Below are positions 1 through 8,258 of a stretch of 31,523 nt of DNA, one piece after another. The position numbers and the translations under genes were made by a program. The notes beneath the pieces were generated by a model. It ran no database searches and was not told the DNA's origin. It was given only the letters and a program-made list of their open reading frames with translations. Source of the DNA: Candidatus Woesearchaeota archaeon (GTDB lineage Archaea; Nanobdellota; Nanobdellia; SCGC-AAA011-G17; GW2011-AR18); NCBI GenBank assembly GCA_018302765.1, contig JAGVZG010000026.1, positions 1-31,523 of the forward strand, in the 5' to 3' direction. Every line of letters starts with the position of its first letter. The stretch's first letter is position 1.

Positions 1-173
1 CGCTAGGTTCTGGGCTGATTCTTATTGTGTTCACCTGTTCTGCGACTGGAATCCGACTAGCTCGAATGACGATCTCGGAGTACGTCGCGCAAAAATTTTT
101 AGAAAGTAGAAAATTCTAAAAGAACCATCTGCAAAAACTTATTAAATCTAATATTCTTAATTTTAATACAAAA

Positions 174-2354
174 ATGCCAAAAAAAGAGGATGTTAAAGAT
201 ATTCTGGAAAAGTATCGTTCTAAAATCGAAGAATATGTAGATGTAGAAACAGAAGGGCAAATTGAATCTGAATCAACAAAAGCTTTTTCATCAGAATACA
301 TAAAATTCAGAGAGGAAATATTATCAAAAAATATATCTAATTACGAAAAATGGTGTAATATTTCTGAAACCATAGTAAAACTAAAGCCGTCTGATAAAAA
401 CCTTCCAAGAATAGAAGAAGCAATAAGTACAGCCCATCTCAATATAACACCAACAGGAGCTGCTAGTTTTGCAGCATTATCAAGTTTATTGATTATTTTT
501 CTAGGAATTTTCATATCTGCAATATTATTTCTGTTAATAGGAGAAATTCCAATATTTACTCTTTTAATGTTTCTAATTATTGGATTGGTTGCTTTGATGT
601 ATTTTAATAAAATGCCACTGTTTATAGCAACAAAATGGCGTCTAAAAGCCAGCAACCAAATGGTTCTAGCTATATTGTATGTAGTAATTTATATGAGGCA
701 TACTTCAAATCTAGAACATGCAGTAAAATTTGCAGCACAGCATATTGATGCGCCACTATCTTTAGACTTAAGAAAAGTATTTTGGGATTTAGAAACAGGA
801 AAATTCTCAACAATAAAAGAATCTCTAGACAATTATCTAGAATCTTGGCGTCATTATAATTTAGAGTTTGTTACAGCATTTCATCTAATTGAATCATCTT
901 TGTATGAACCAACACAATCAAGAAGAAGTGATCTTCTGGATAAAGCTCTCAACGTAATTCTAGAAGGAACTTATGAGAAAATGCTGCATTATGCACAAGA
1001 TGTAAAAGGGCCAATAACAACGCTGCACATGCTTGGAGTAATTCTTCCTATATTAGGTTTAGTAGTATTTCCTTTAGTAGGTTCATTTTTGCAAGGACTT
1101 GTAAAATGGTATCACTTAGCATTTCTTTATAATATAATACTTCCAGTTATGGTATTTTCTCTGGGTATGAATATACTTTCAAAAAGACCAACAGGGTATG
1201 GGCAGTCAAAAGTAGCAGAAAGAGTATACCAGAAGGGATTTGATCCTTTTTGGTTGTGTTTTTTCATAGCTACATTACTTATTGTAATTGGATTCCTGCC
1301 AATAATGTTTAAATGGGTCACTCCGCCAACATTCTTAGAGAACCAAAAATGCGCTGTAGGAGATATAGACCTAGGTGACTCACTAGGCTGTTTTTTTGGC
1401 TACTTTGAATTTGGAGGCAAAGCATTCGGCCCTTTTGGTATTGGTGCATTAATTCTTAGTTTTTTTATTCCAGCAGGAGTTGCAATAGGTTTTGGATACT
1501 ACAATAAATTAAAAAGTAAAAAAGTCATAGAGTTAAGAAATGAGACAAAGACATTGGAAAGTGAGTTTGCAAGTACACTTTTTCAGTTAGGAAATAGAAT
1601 TGGTGATGGAATTCCAACAGAGCTTGCATTTAATAAAGTAGCCCAGACAATGGAAGGAACACCATCAGGCAATTTTTTCAGACTGGTTGATGCAAACATT
1701 AGACAGCTGGGAATGGGAATAGAAGAGGCAATATTTAATGAAAAAAATGGAGCGTTGCTTGCTTATCCCTCGCCATTGATAGAAAGCTCAATGGAAGTGC
1801 TCTTAGAAAGCTCAAAGAAAGGACCGCAAATAGTTTCCCAGTCACTTATAAGTATTTCAAATTACGTAGACAAAATACACAAGGTAACAGAGCGTCTTAA
1901 GGACTTGCTTGCAGAAGTAATTTCTTCCATGAAGTCTCAGATATCTTTTCTTACCCCAGCAATAGCAGGAATAGTTGTAGGAATATCAGCAATGATTGTC
2001 AATATTATAGTCGCTTTAAATGTAAAAATATCAAGCTTTTCTCTGGAAGCAACAGGAGAAACAGCAGGTGGTGCTACTGGTTTGACTACAATAGTTGATT
2101 TATTTAAATTAGAAGGAATAATACCTGGTTATTTTTTTCAAATAGTTGTAGGAGTTTACGTTGTACAGTTAGCTTATATATTAACAATTATGCAAAATGG
2201 CATTGAAAATGGTTCAGACAAAATAAACGAACAGCACTTGCTAGGTAAAAACCTAGTAATAAGTTTTCTTCTTTATGCAATAATTGCAACAATAGTTACA
2301 TTGCTGTTTACTTCAATGGCGCAGGGTCTTCTTTCAAAAGAGTTAACAGGCTAA
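174..2354 (+). CDS. Type II secretion system F-family / TadB-TadC (ArlJ/PilC-like) pilus assembly membrane platform protein, apparently two fused T2SSF modules
   Basis: 726 aa polytopic protein with two soluble-domain plus TM-bundle repeats (GPITTLHMLGVILPILGLVVFPLV; MKSQISFLTPAIAGIVVGI); lies directly upstream of a prepilin cluster. Confidence 0.8.
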   Translation: MPKKEDVKDILEKYRSKIEEYVDVETEGQIESESTKAFSSEYIKFREEILSKNISNYEKWCNISETIVKLKPSDKNLPRIEEAISTAHLNITPTGAASFAALSSLLIIFLGIFISAILFLLIGEIPIFTLLMFLIIGLVALMYFNKMPLFIATKWRLKASNQMVLAILYVVIYMRHTSNLEHAVKFAAQHIDAPLSLDLRKVFWDLETGKFSTIKESLDNYLESWRHYNLEFVTAFHLIESSLYEPTQSRRSDLLDKALNVILEGTYEKMLHYAQDVKGPITTLHMLGVILPILGLVVFPLVGSFLQGLVKWYHLAFLYNIILPVMVFSLGMNILSKRPTGYGQSKVAERVYQKGFDPFWLCFFIATLLIVIGFLPIMFKWVTPPTFLENQKCAVGDIDLGDSLGCFFGYFEFGGKAFGPFGIGALILSFFIPAGVAIGFGYYNKLKSKKVIELRNETKTLESEFASTLFQLGNRIGDGIPTELAFNKVAQTMEGTPSGNFFRLVDANIRQLGMGIEEAIFNEKNGALLAYPSPLIESSMEVLLESSKKGPQIVSQSLISISNYVDKIHKVTERLKDLLAEVISSMKSQISFLTPAIAGIVVGISAMIVNIIVALNVKISSFSLEATGETAGGATGLTTIVDLFKLEGIIPGYFFQIVVGVYVVQLAYILTIMQNGIENGSDKINEQHLLGKNLVISFLLYAIIATIVTLLFTSMAQGLLSKELTG

Positions 2355-2359
2355 AAAGG

Positions 2360-2367
2360 TTTATAAA
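2360..2367 (+). promoter_or_regulatory. Putative archaeal TATA box (TTTATAAA) preceded by purine-rich BRE-like AAAAAGG, for the pilin cluster
   Basis: Ends 22 nt before the ATG at 2390, the spacing expected for a leaderless transcript. Confidence 0.5.
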
Positions 2368-2389
2368 CAAAGTTTATCATTTAAGAAGT

Positions 2390-2521
2390 ATGTCTAAAAA
2401 AGGTGAAAGCAGAACTACACTATACGTAATATTTATCCTGATAGCAGCATTATTATTGCTGTTTTTATTGTACAAAATTATACAGCTTAAAGTACTTGGA
2501 GGAATATTCAAAATAATATGA
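2390..2521 (+). CDS. Mini-pilin (43 aa) with class III signal peptide; not in the ORF track
   Basis: Hand translation MSKKG|ESRTTLYVIFILIAALLLLFLLYKIIQLKVLGGIFKII*; TGA overlaps the next ATG (ATGA, 2518-2521). Confidence 0.75.
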   Translation: MSKKGESRTTLYVIFILIAALLLLFLLYKIIQLKVLGGIFKII

Positions 2522-3723
2522 AGAAAGGAATTGAAGCTATAACTGTTGTTATAGTTCTAATAGTTTTTTTGCTTACCTTAGCTATATATATTTTATTTAA
2601 TAAAGCCTATGGAGGAACTTTAGTATCTAGCACAAATCAAGCAGCAATAAATTTATGGGTTAAGGAAAGGTCAGCATCTTTTGGAACTGACAAAATTGTT
2701 GCAGATTATCCGCCTGTTCCAGAACTTGAAGATCCATTGGAAATTAAATCAAGAGATGATTTATTATGGAAAGGAGGCAAACCTCCCAAAGCGTATAAAG
2801 AAATAGGAGATAGTATGATTGATTGTTGGAAATCATTTGATAGAGGAAAAACAGATTTCATTAATACAGTAGAAAGAACACCATTTTGTTTTAAGTGTAG
2901 AGCAATATCATTTTCAAATGAAATAAAAAAAGAAAAAGTTCAGATGCTTGGTTTTAATAGATATTTAAATGAGCAAAAGGTTGGTAGTAAATCAACGCCA
3001 ACATACATGCAGTACTTTGCTAATGATAATTTCTATAACTTATCAGAAGAGGAAATAGGAGAGGACAAGACCATAATTGAAAGAGATTTATACGTATACT
3101 TATTTGCAGCTTCAGGAAGAGGGATTGCTAATATAATGTCTAATTTGCTTGGAGCTGGTGATATAGTACCAGAAGAAGTGAGCAAGGCAAAGACATCAAC
3201 ACTAGCAACCACAACAACAATCAGTGAACGGGCTGAAATTTCAGCAGCAACATCAGGAGTTCTGGCTGCAACTAAGGCAGGCACTTATACTTTGAATACT
3301 TTACAGAAAGCAATGCAGCAAAAAGCAGCTGAATCAGCAGCAGAGACTGCAGCAAGAGGAGCAGTGTCAGCTGAAGCTGCAACAATAACTGAAGCAAAAC
3401 TTATTACAGTAGGAGAATATACTGCAGGAAGAACTGCTGCACAAGCAGGAGAAAAAGTTGTTGTCTCTGTAGCAACAAAAACAGTTGAAGAAAAAGTTGC
3501 AAAAACAGTAGCAAATAAAGTAGCAAGTAGTGCTCTAAGAAGATTGCTTGCAGGTGCCGGTTCGAAAGTTATTGGTGGTCCTATTGGTTGGTATTTAATT
3601 GTAGGAACTGCTGCTTATGGAACTTACAATATAGTTTTCGGAGAGAAGCCATTTTCAGCCAATGTAATGCTTGTTGATCCAGTAGAAGCAAATGCCTTAT
3701 GCAATGCCAAGGCAAAAGAATAA
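2518..3723 (+). CDS. Class III signal peptide (pilin-like) protein, 401 aa, with Cys-containing domain, Ala-rich region and C-terminal Gly-rich hydrophobic segment
   Basis: MKKG|IEAITVVIVLIVFLLTLAIYILF N-terminus; DCW and CFKC motifs; AGAGSKVIGGPIGWYLIVGTAAYG near the C-terminus. Confidence 0.75.
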   Translation: MKKGIEAITVVIVLIVFLLTLAIYILFNKAYGGTLVSSTNQAAINLWVKERSASFGTDKIVADYPPVPELEDPLEIKSRDDLLWKGGKPPKAYKEIGDSMIDCWKSFDRGKTDFINTVERTPFCFKCRAISFSNEIKKEKVQMLGFNRYLNEQKVGSKSTPTYMQYFANDNFYNLSEEEIGEDKTIIERDLYVYLFAASGRGIANIMSNLLGAGDIVPEEVSKAKTSTLATTTTISERAEISAATSGVLAATKAGTYTLNTLQKAMQQKAAESAAETAARGAVSAEAATITEAKLITVGEYTAGRTAAQAGEKVVVSVATKTVEEKVAKTVANKVASSALRRLLAGAGSKVIGGPIGWYLIVGTAAYGTYNIVFGEKPFSANVMLVDPVEANALCNAKAKE

Positions 3724-3725
3724 AT

Positions 3726-3887
3726 ATGAAAAATTCAAATAAGAAAGCAGATTTTGAAATTGAAACAGTTCTAAAGATATTATTAGCGCTTATAATTTTA
3801 CTAGTTATTATTGGATTAATATTTTTATTAAAAGGAAAATCAATTAATATCTTAGAGCAAATAAAAGAGATATTAAGATTAACTTAA
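3726..3887 (+). CDS. Mini-pilin (53 aa) with class III signal peptide; start moved from 3699 to 3726
   Basis: MKNSNKKA|DFEIETVLKILLALIILLVIIGLIFLL with Glu at +5; ATG lies 2 nt after the upstream stop. Confidence 0.8.
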   Translation: MKNSNKKADFEIETVLKILLALIILLVIIGLIFLLKGKSINILEQIKEILRLT

Positions 3888-3890
3888 AAA

Positions 3891-5063
3891 ATGGCAACAG
3901 AATTTCATTTAAGGCCTGTAGTTGTAATAGCTATAGGTTTAATAGTTGTAATTTTTATTTTAGGTTCTATTATTTATGGAGGAGCAACGCCTTTAATAAA
4001 ATCAATAGCAGATCTTTTTCCTTCAAATCAAACAGAGACAAACATTGCAGAAGTCAGCGATAACATCCCATTTTACAATGAATTTATAAAAAATTACAAA
4101 GAATGCAAATTATCTCCTTCTGTAGATTGTTTTTGTTCATTGACAAATCCAACAGTGCCTGAAAATTACATAATTCAAGTAAAAAACAATCCAAGTTCAA
4201 AAACAACATCTATACTTCTGCATTCAAATGCAAGACTAAACAAATGCAATGCAATTTCACCAACAAAGGAATTAAAAGACATACAAACAATTCAAACAGA
4301 TATAACAGACGATTTATTATATTTCAAGAATTATGTTTTTTATCCAACAATAGCACAGGAGCAGACTAAAGAAGTAGAAGTTCCGTCATCCAGTGGAATA
4401 TTGGCTGGTGTTTACAGAAGAGCATACTTAAAAGAAGAGCCAAGTAAAATACAGCAGGCACAATTAGGAAAATTAAAGAAAGAAGAATTTACACAAGCAG
4501 ATAATTTGTTTTTATACAATCTAAATTTATGTTCCTCAAAAGATGTCTCAGGCAATGATGAAATTTCATTTACAAAAGGGATTATTTATAAGTTTAGCAA
4601 TGAAGAAACAACGCTTATTTCAGGATTTACTGGTTTAAAAAGATGCGCAACAATTAAGGATGCATTGCCAGCAGACGAACAGTTTATCAAATTGATTTCA
4701 ACAATAAATGAATGTAAGCAAGGGCCGTGCGCTTTTTCCATAATATCTGCTGAAGGAATTGAATCAGTTATTCCAAAAGATTATGAAATTATAATTGAAG
4801 GTCAAAAGTTAACATTGCAATATAAGGAAGAAAAAGTAAAGACAGCAGAAATAAAAAAAGAAATGTGTTTATTTTCAGACTTTAGAGAAATAACACTAGA
4901 GAATTCAAAGCCATTAACAAAATTAATTTTCAATAATTATATTGGGGCTGAATTTTATGCATTTGATAACAAGATATGTGTTCTTCCTTATACGCCTGAA
5001 ATAAAAAAACAAAAAGATTTACTGCTAGAAAAACTCAAAACAAGGTCTTTAATCCCAACGTAA
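3891..5063 (+). CDS. Membrane-anchored Cys-rich extracellular protein (390 aa) in the pilin cluster; no clear class III cleavage motif
   Basis: N-terminal TM helix VVVIAIGLIVVIFILGSIIY; multiple Cys pairs; probable internal duplication. Confidence 0.7.
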   Translation: MATEFHLRPVVVIAIGLIVVIFILGSIIYGGATPLIKSIADLFPSNQTETNIAEVSDNIPFYNEFIKNYKECKLSPSVDCFCSLTNPTVPENYIIQVKNNPSSKTTSILLHSNARLNKCNAISPTKELKDIQTIQTDITDDLLYFKNYVFYPTIAQEQTKEVEVPSSSGILAGVYRRAYLKEEPSKIQQAQLGKLKKEEFTQADNLFLYNLNLCSSKDVSGNDEISFTKGIIYKFSNEETTLISGFTGLKRCATIKDALPADEQFIKLISTINECKQGPCAFSIISAEGIESVIPKDYEIIIEGQKLTLQYKEEKVKTAEIKKEMCLFSDFREITLENSKPLTKLIFNNYIGAEFYAFDNKICVLPYTPEIKKQKDLLLEKLKTRSLIPT

Positions 5064-5071
5064 CCAAAAGC

Positions 5072-5079
5072 TTTATATA
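5072..5079 (+). promoter_or_regulatory. Putative internal TATA box (TTTATATA) upstream of the 5119 pilin
   Basis: AAAAGC-TTTATATA-G in a 55-nt intergenic gap; SD-like AGGTGTGAT at 5108-5116. Confidence 0.45.
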
Positions 5080-5118
5080 GAAACATCATAATTTATGAAT
5101 TATTAAAAGGTGTGATAG

Positions 5119-5553
5119 ATGTCAAATAGAAAAGCACAAGGTATGCCGATGAATGTTATAATCATTGCAATAATTGTGCTAGTTGTTCTTATTATTTTAA
5201 TTGCATTCTTTGCTGGTGGCTTTAGTAGTGTTGTAGGCAAAGTAAGGGATTTATTCACAGGAACTACTTCAGGTCAGTCAAGAGATGTAGTAATACAAAC
5301 ATGTCAAAATCTCTGTGATACAGCCAAAGTGTTGCCTGAATCATCCCAAAAAATCTCAGGTTATTGCAAGCAGTCTTTTGTAGTAGACATGGATAGTAAT
5401 CCAACAACTAAACCAGAAAGAGTCGTTTGTGGTTCTCCTGCATCAGCTATTACAGCAGAATTTAGTAAATATAAAGAAGATCCAAAAATAGATAACACAG
5501 GTAAGAATAACTTAGGCGTAGACTGTCTAGAAATAAAGTGCGAAAATGTCTAA
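5119..5553 (+). CDS. Type IV pilin-like protein (144 aa), candidate major pilin
   Basis: MSNRKA|QGMPMNVIIIAIIVLVVLIILIAFFAGG class III signal; small Cys-rich head with five Cys; own putative promoter and SD. Confidence 0.85.
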   Translation: MSNRKAQGMPMNVIIIAIIVLVVLIILIAFFAGGFSSVVGKVRDLFTGTTSGQSRDVVIQTCQNLCDTAKVLPESSQKISGYCKQSFVVDMDSNPTTKPERVVCGSPASAITAEFSKYKEDPKIDNTGKNNLGVDCLEIKCENV

Positions 5554-5722
5554 AAAAGGTGTTTCTTTATCTCTAGAAACTATTGTTGTTACAATTCTAA
5601 TTCTTGTTGCTCTTATTCTAATAATTATTTTTGTATTAAAATATGGCGGTCAGTTAAGTTCTAGTATTGGACAGCAAGCAAAGACTAGTGCTTCTATGCT
5701 TCCAAATATAACAACACCATAA
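5546..5722 (+). CDS. Mini-pilin (58 aa) with class III signal peptide; not in the ORF track
   Basis: Hand translation MSKKG|VSLSLETIVVTILILVALILIIIFVLKYGGQLSSSIGQQAKTSASMLPNITTP*; overlaps the upstream stop by 8 nt. Confidence 0.8.
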   Translation: MSKKGVSLSLETIVVTILILVALILIIIFVLKYGGQLSSSIGQQAKTSASMLPNITTP

Positions 5723-5756
5723 CAAATAAATACCAATCAATTCTTTAAATTAAAAT

Positions 5757-7418
5757 ATGAAAAATAAAAGGGGTACAGAGGATATATCACTAAATATTTT
5801 CTTTGGTGTAATTGCTGCATTGCTGATTGTTGGGGCTATTGTCTTAGCAGCTAACAAATTAACTATAAAAACTGGAAAATTTGAATGCCAAAATATAAAT
5901 TTCTGGGATGGTTTTAATGGTTTAAAGGAGAAATTAAAGCAAGTAGACAGTGGAAAACATACAGAATTTATGTTTTATAACAAAGATTGTTATTTAGTCA
6001 GTTTCAGCTTTCTGCAAGCACCACAATTAAATAAAATAGAATATCCACAGCCTTTGCCAAGGGAACCGTTGCTTTGTCTTTGTAAGATAGAAGAAAGCAA
6101 ATGCAAGCCATACGATTGCTACAAATTTGAAAATTATGAAAAAATAAATCAGGAACAATTTTTAACAGAAGACTATGACAATTACCTGTTCCTAGAATTT
6201 ATCAAAGAAGGTAAAACTTTATACATAAAACCTGTTGGATATAAGAAACCAATTGAACCAGCATCGTACACAAAGTCAGAAATATCAGAAAAAACGGATC
6301 CAAAAGGGCTGATTAAAGAATTAAAAATTACGTTCAATGTGAAAGATATAAAATCATTTAATCCTTTTGTAGATGTTAAGGAACCAGGGCTGCTATTGCC
6401 AGCAGGAATTCCAAATATGGAAGGATTTACTCAATTATTTGATATAAATATATCTCATCCTCCACTGTATGGGCAATCTATTGAAGATTATATAGTAAAC
6501 CCAAGGCCAATAGATATAAATGTGGTAAAATCAGCTTACATTTTAATATCTTTGCCTAAAAATAAATATGAAATATTAACAGAACCACAGAAGCAGAATA
6601 TAAATTTATATTTTAAATTAGGTCAAGAATGGAAAAAATCAAAAATGCTGTGTCAGGAAGCAGAAAATGAAGTCTTATGTGAAGCAAATATAGAAGGATT
6701 TTCACAAAATTTTGCTATTTCTATTGAAGAGCAAATAGAAATCACAACAGGCGAATGTGCTGGCTTCGCACCAGGTTTAATTCTAATACAAAAAGACAGT
6801 AAAATCTCATGTTCAGATAAGGTATGTTGTGCTCATCCAGAAGCTGTAGCTCAGATCGAGAAAACAAGAAGTTTAATTGAAAAATCAGATGACTATTTAG
6901 TAATTTTTGACGCTGCAAGAACACTAGAATCTCAACGTCTGGCATTTTTAGACTATCTTTCCGGAGGTTATGAAGCAGCAGGTCCAGAAGGGATAAATAA
7001 ATACAGTTTAGCAGCTGAAGTTACTAAGGCATTCAAAACTGAGTTCGGAAACATTAAGACTACAAAGCAGCAAAAAATTGACTTTGCTTTAAAATGGTTA
7101 TCAGAAAATAAGCCAGAATTACTAGTAATAATAAATGATCTGTCAAAATATATTAAAAATAGTAACCACTACAATGGTCGTGCAATAGATATTAGATTAA
7201 AAGCAATGCCAAGTGATTACAGTAAAGCAAGCAATGATGATGTTATAAGATTACGTAACTTAATGTGTAAATTAGGGTGGGCAAATTATGGCGGTGAATG
7301 GTGGCATTATGAATATAAAACAAGTGATTATGAAACAGCTAAGAAAAATAACCAATGTTTCTGGTCAAAGGATAAATATGCTGATGCTGCAGCAACCGTA
7401 CAACCAAATTATGCATAA
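5757..7418 (+). CDS. Pilin-like protein with class III signal peptide, Cys-rich domain, PGF-pre-PGF-like domain and C-terminal M15 (VanX/VanY-like) Zn peptidase
   Basis: MKNKRG|TE followed by a TM helix; LYFKLGQEW...EANIEGFSQNFAI; DAARTLESQ, SNHYNGRAID and GEWWHYEY motifs. Confidence 0.85.
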   Translation: MKNKRGTEDISLNIFFGVIAALLIVGAIVLAANKLTIKTGKFECQNINFWDGFNGLKEKLKQVDSGKHTEFMFYNKDCYLVSFSFLQAPQLNKIEYPQPLPREPLLCLCKIEESKCKPYDCYKFENYEKINQEQFLTEDYDNYLFLEFIKEGKTLYIKPVGYKKPIEPASYTKSEISEKTDPKGLIKELKITFNVKDIKSFNPFVDVKEPGLLLPAGIPNMEGFTQLFDINISHPPLYGQSIEDYIVNPRPIDINVVKSAYILISLPKNKYEILTEPQKQNINLYFKLGQEWKKSKMLCQEAENEVLCEANIEGFSQNFAISIEEQIEITTGECAGFAPGLILIQKDSKISCSDKVCCAHPEAVAQIEKTRSLIEKSDDYLVIFDAARTLESQRLAFLDYLSGGYEAAGPEGINKYSLAAEVTKAFKTEFGNIKTTKQQKIDFALKWLSENKPELLVIINDLSKYIKNSNHYNGRAIDIRLKAMPSDYSKASNDDVIRLRNLMCKLGWANYGGEWWHYEYKTSDYETAKKNNQCFWSKDKYADAAATVQPNYA

Positions 7419-7420
7419 AT

Positions 7421-7801
7421 ATGAAAAAAGGTAAAATACAAATAGGACTGGAATTATTTATACACTTGGCCTTATTATTAATAGTTATAGCTGCATTTTT
7501 TTCTGTTACTGGATTAATAAAAAATAATATTTCTCATGATTTGCGTGCAGAAGCAAAAGACTATGTTCTTACACATGATGCAATAATTTCTTATTCAGAC
7601 AATTTAAATTATGTCTATAATCCAAGGGAAAATGTAACTATTATATTTGATGAAGCTAACTGTTTGGTTGAAGCAAGGCACAAATCAGAATTAACACAGC
7701 CAGTAAGGTTTTTTTGTGGCACAGATAAGTCTGCTTTTACAAAAGCTGAAAGAATCAACAATAAAATTATTATAAAAAATGAGCAAAAAAGGGATATTTA
7801 A
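7421..7801 (+). CDS. Minor pilin-like protein (126 aa), class III signal peptide
   Basis: MKKG|KIQIGLELFIHLALLLIVIAAFFSV; Cys pair. Confidence 0.7.
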   Translation: MKKGKIQIGLELFIHLALLLIVIAAFFSVTGLIKNNISHDLRAEAKDYVLTHDAIISYSDNLNYVYNPRENVTIIFDEANCLVEARHKSELTQPVRFFCGTDKSAFTKAERINNKIIIKNEQKRDI

Positions 7802-8258
7802 TATTGTAGAATATATTGTTTATTTAATATTTATTATAATTGGGGCTTCATTTATAGCAATTGTGGCATTTGGATATTTAAATGAAAAAATAGACACAAC
7901 AAATTTAGAAGCTTTTATACTGACTAAAAAATTAATATATTCAGAATCCTGTCTTGCATTTAAAGATAATTTAGGTTTGCATAAAGGTATTATAGATATA
8001 CAAAAAGTAGACACAAGCAAGATAATAAGTTGTTTTACAAAGCCAAACTTAGGTTACATTGTAAGTATTAGTAATTTGGATGGTAAAATAATAAAATCAG
8101 CATCAAATTTAAATCTAAAGCAACAATTAGATCTTCCTGTTTGTAAAACAATAAAACAATATAAATGCCATAGCAGAACGGATATAATATTATATAAAGA
8201 AGGAGAAGAAACTAAAACAGGTTTTATAAATATAGAGGTGATTAATCTTGTGGGATAA
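7779..8258 (+). CDS. Minor pilin-like protein (159 aa), class III signal peptide
   Basis: MSKKG|IFNIVEYIVYLIFIIIGASFIAIVAFG; four Cys. Confidence 0.75.
   Translation: MSKKGIFNIVEYIVYLIFIIIGASFIAIVAFGYLNEKIDTTNLEAFILTKKLIYSESCLAFKDNLGLHKGIIDIQKVDTSKIISCFTKPNLGYIVSISNLDGKIIKSASNLNLKQQLDLPVCKTIKQYKCHSRTDIILYKEGEETKTGFINIEVINLVG

Noticed and set aside
3115-3650. Raised GC and GCA/GCT repeats as a tandem repeat or horizontally acquired DNA
   Set aside because: Explained by Ala-rich coding; no exact repeat unit found
3699-3725. MQCQGKRIN start for the small ORF
   Set aside because: Overlaps the upstream gene; ATG at 3726 gives a clean class III leader
5757-7418. Vancomycin-resistance gene (vanX/vanY)
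   Set aside because: No vanH/vanA/vanRS context, the protein is exported and pilin-fused, and the host has no murein; family similarity only
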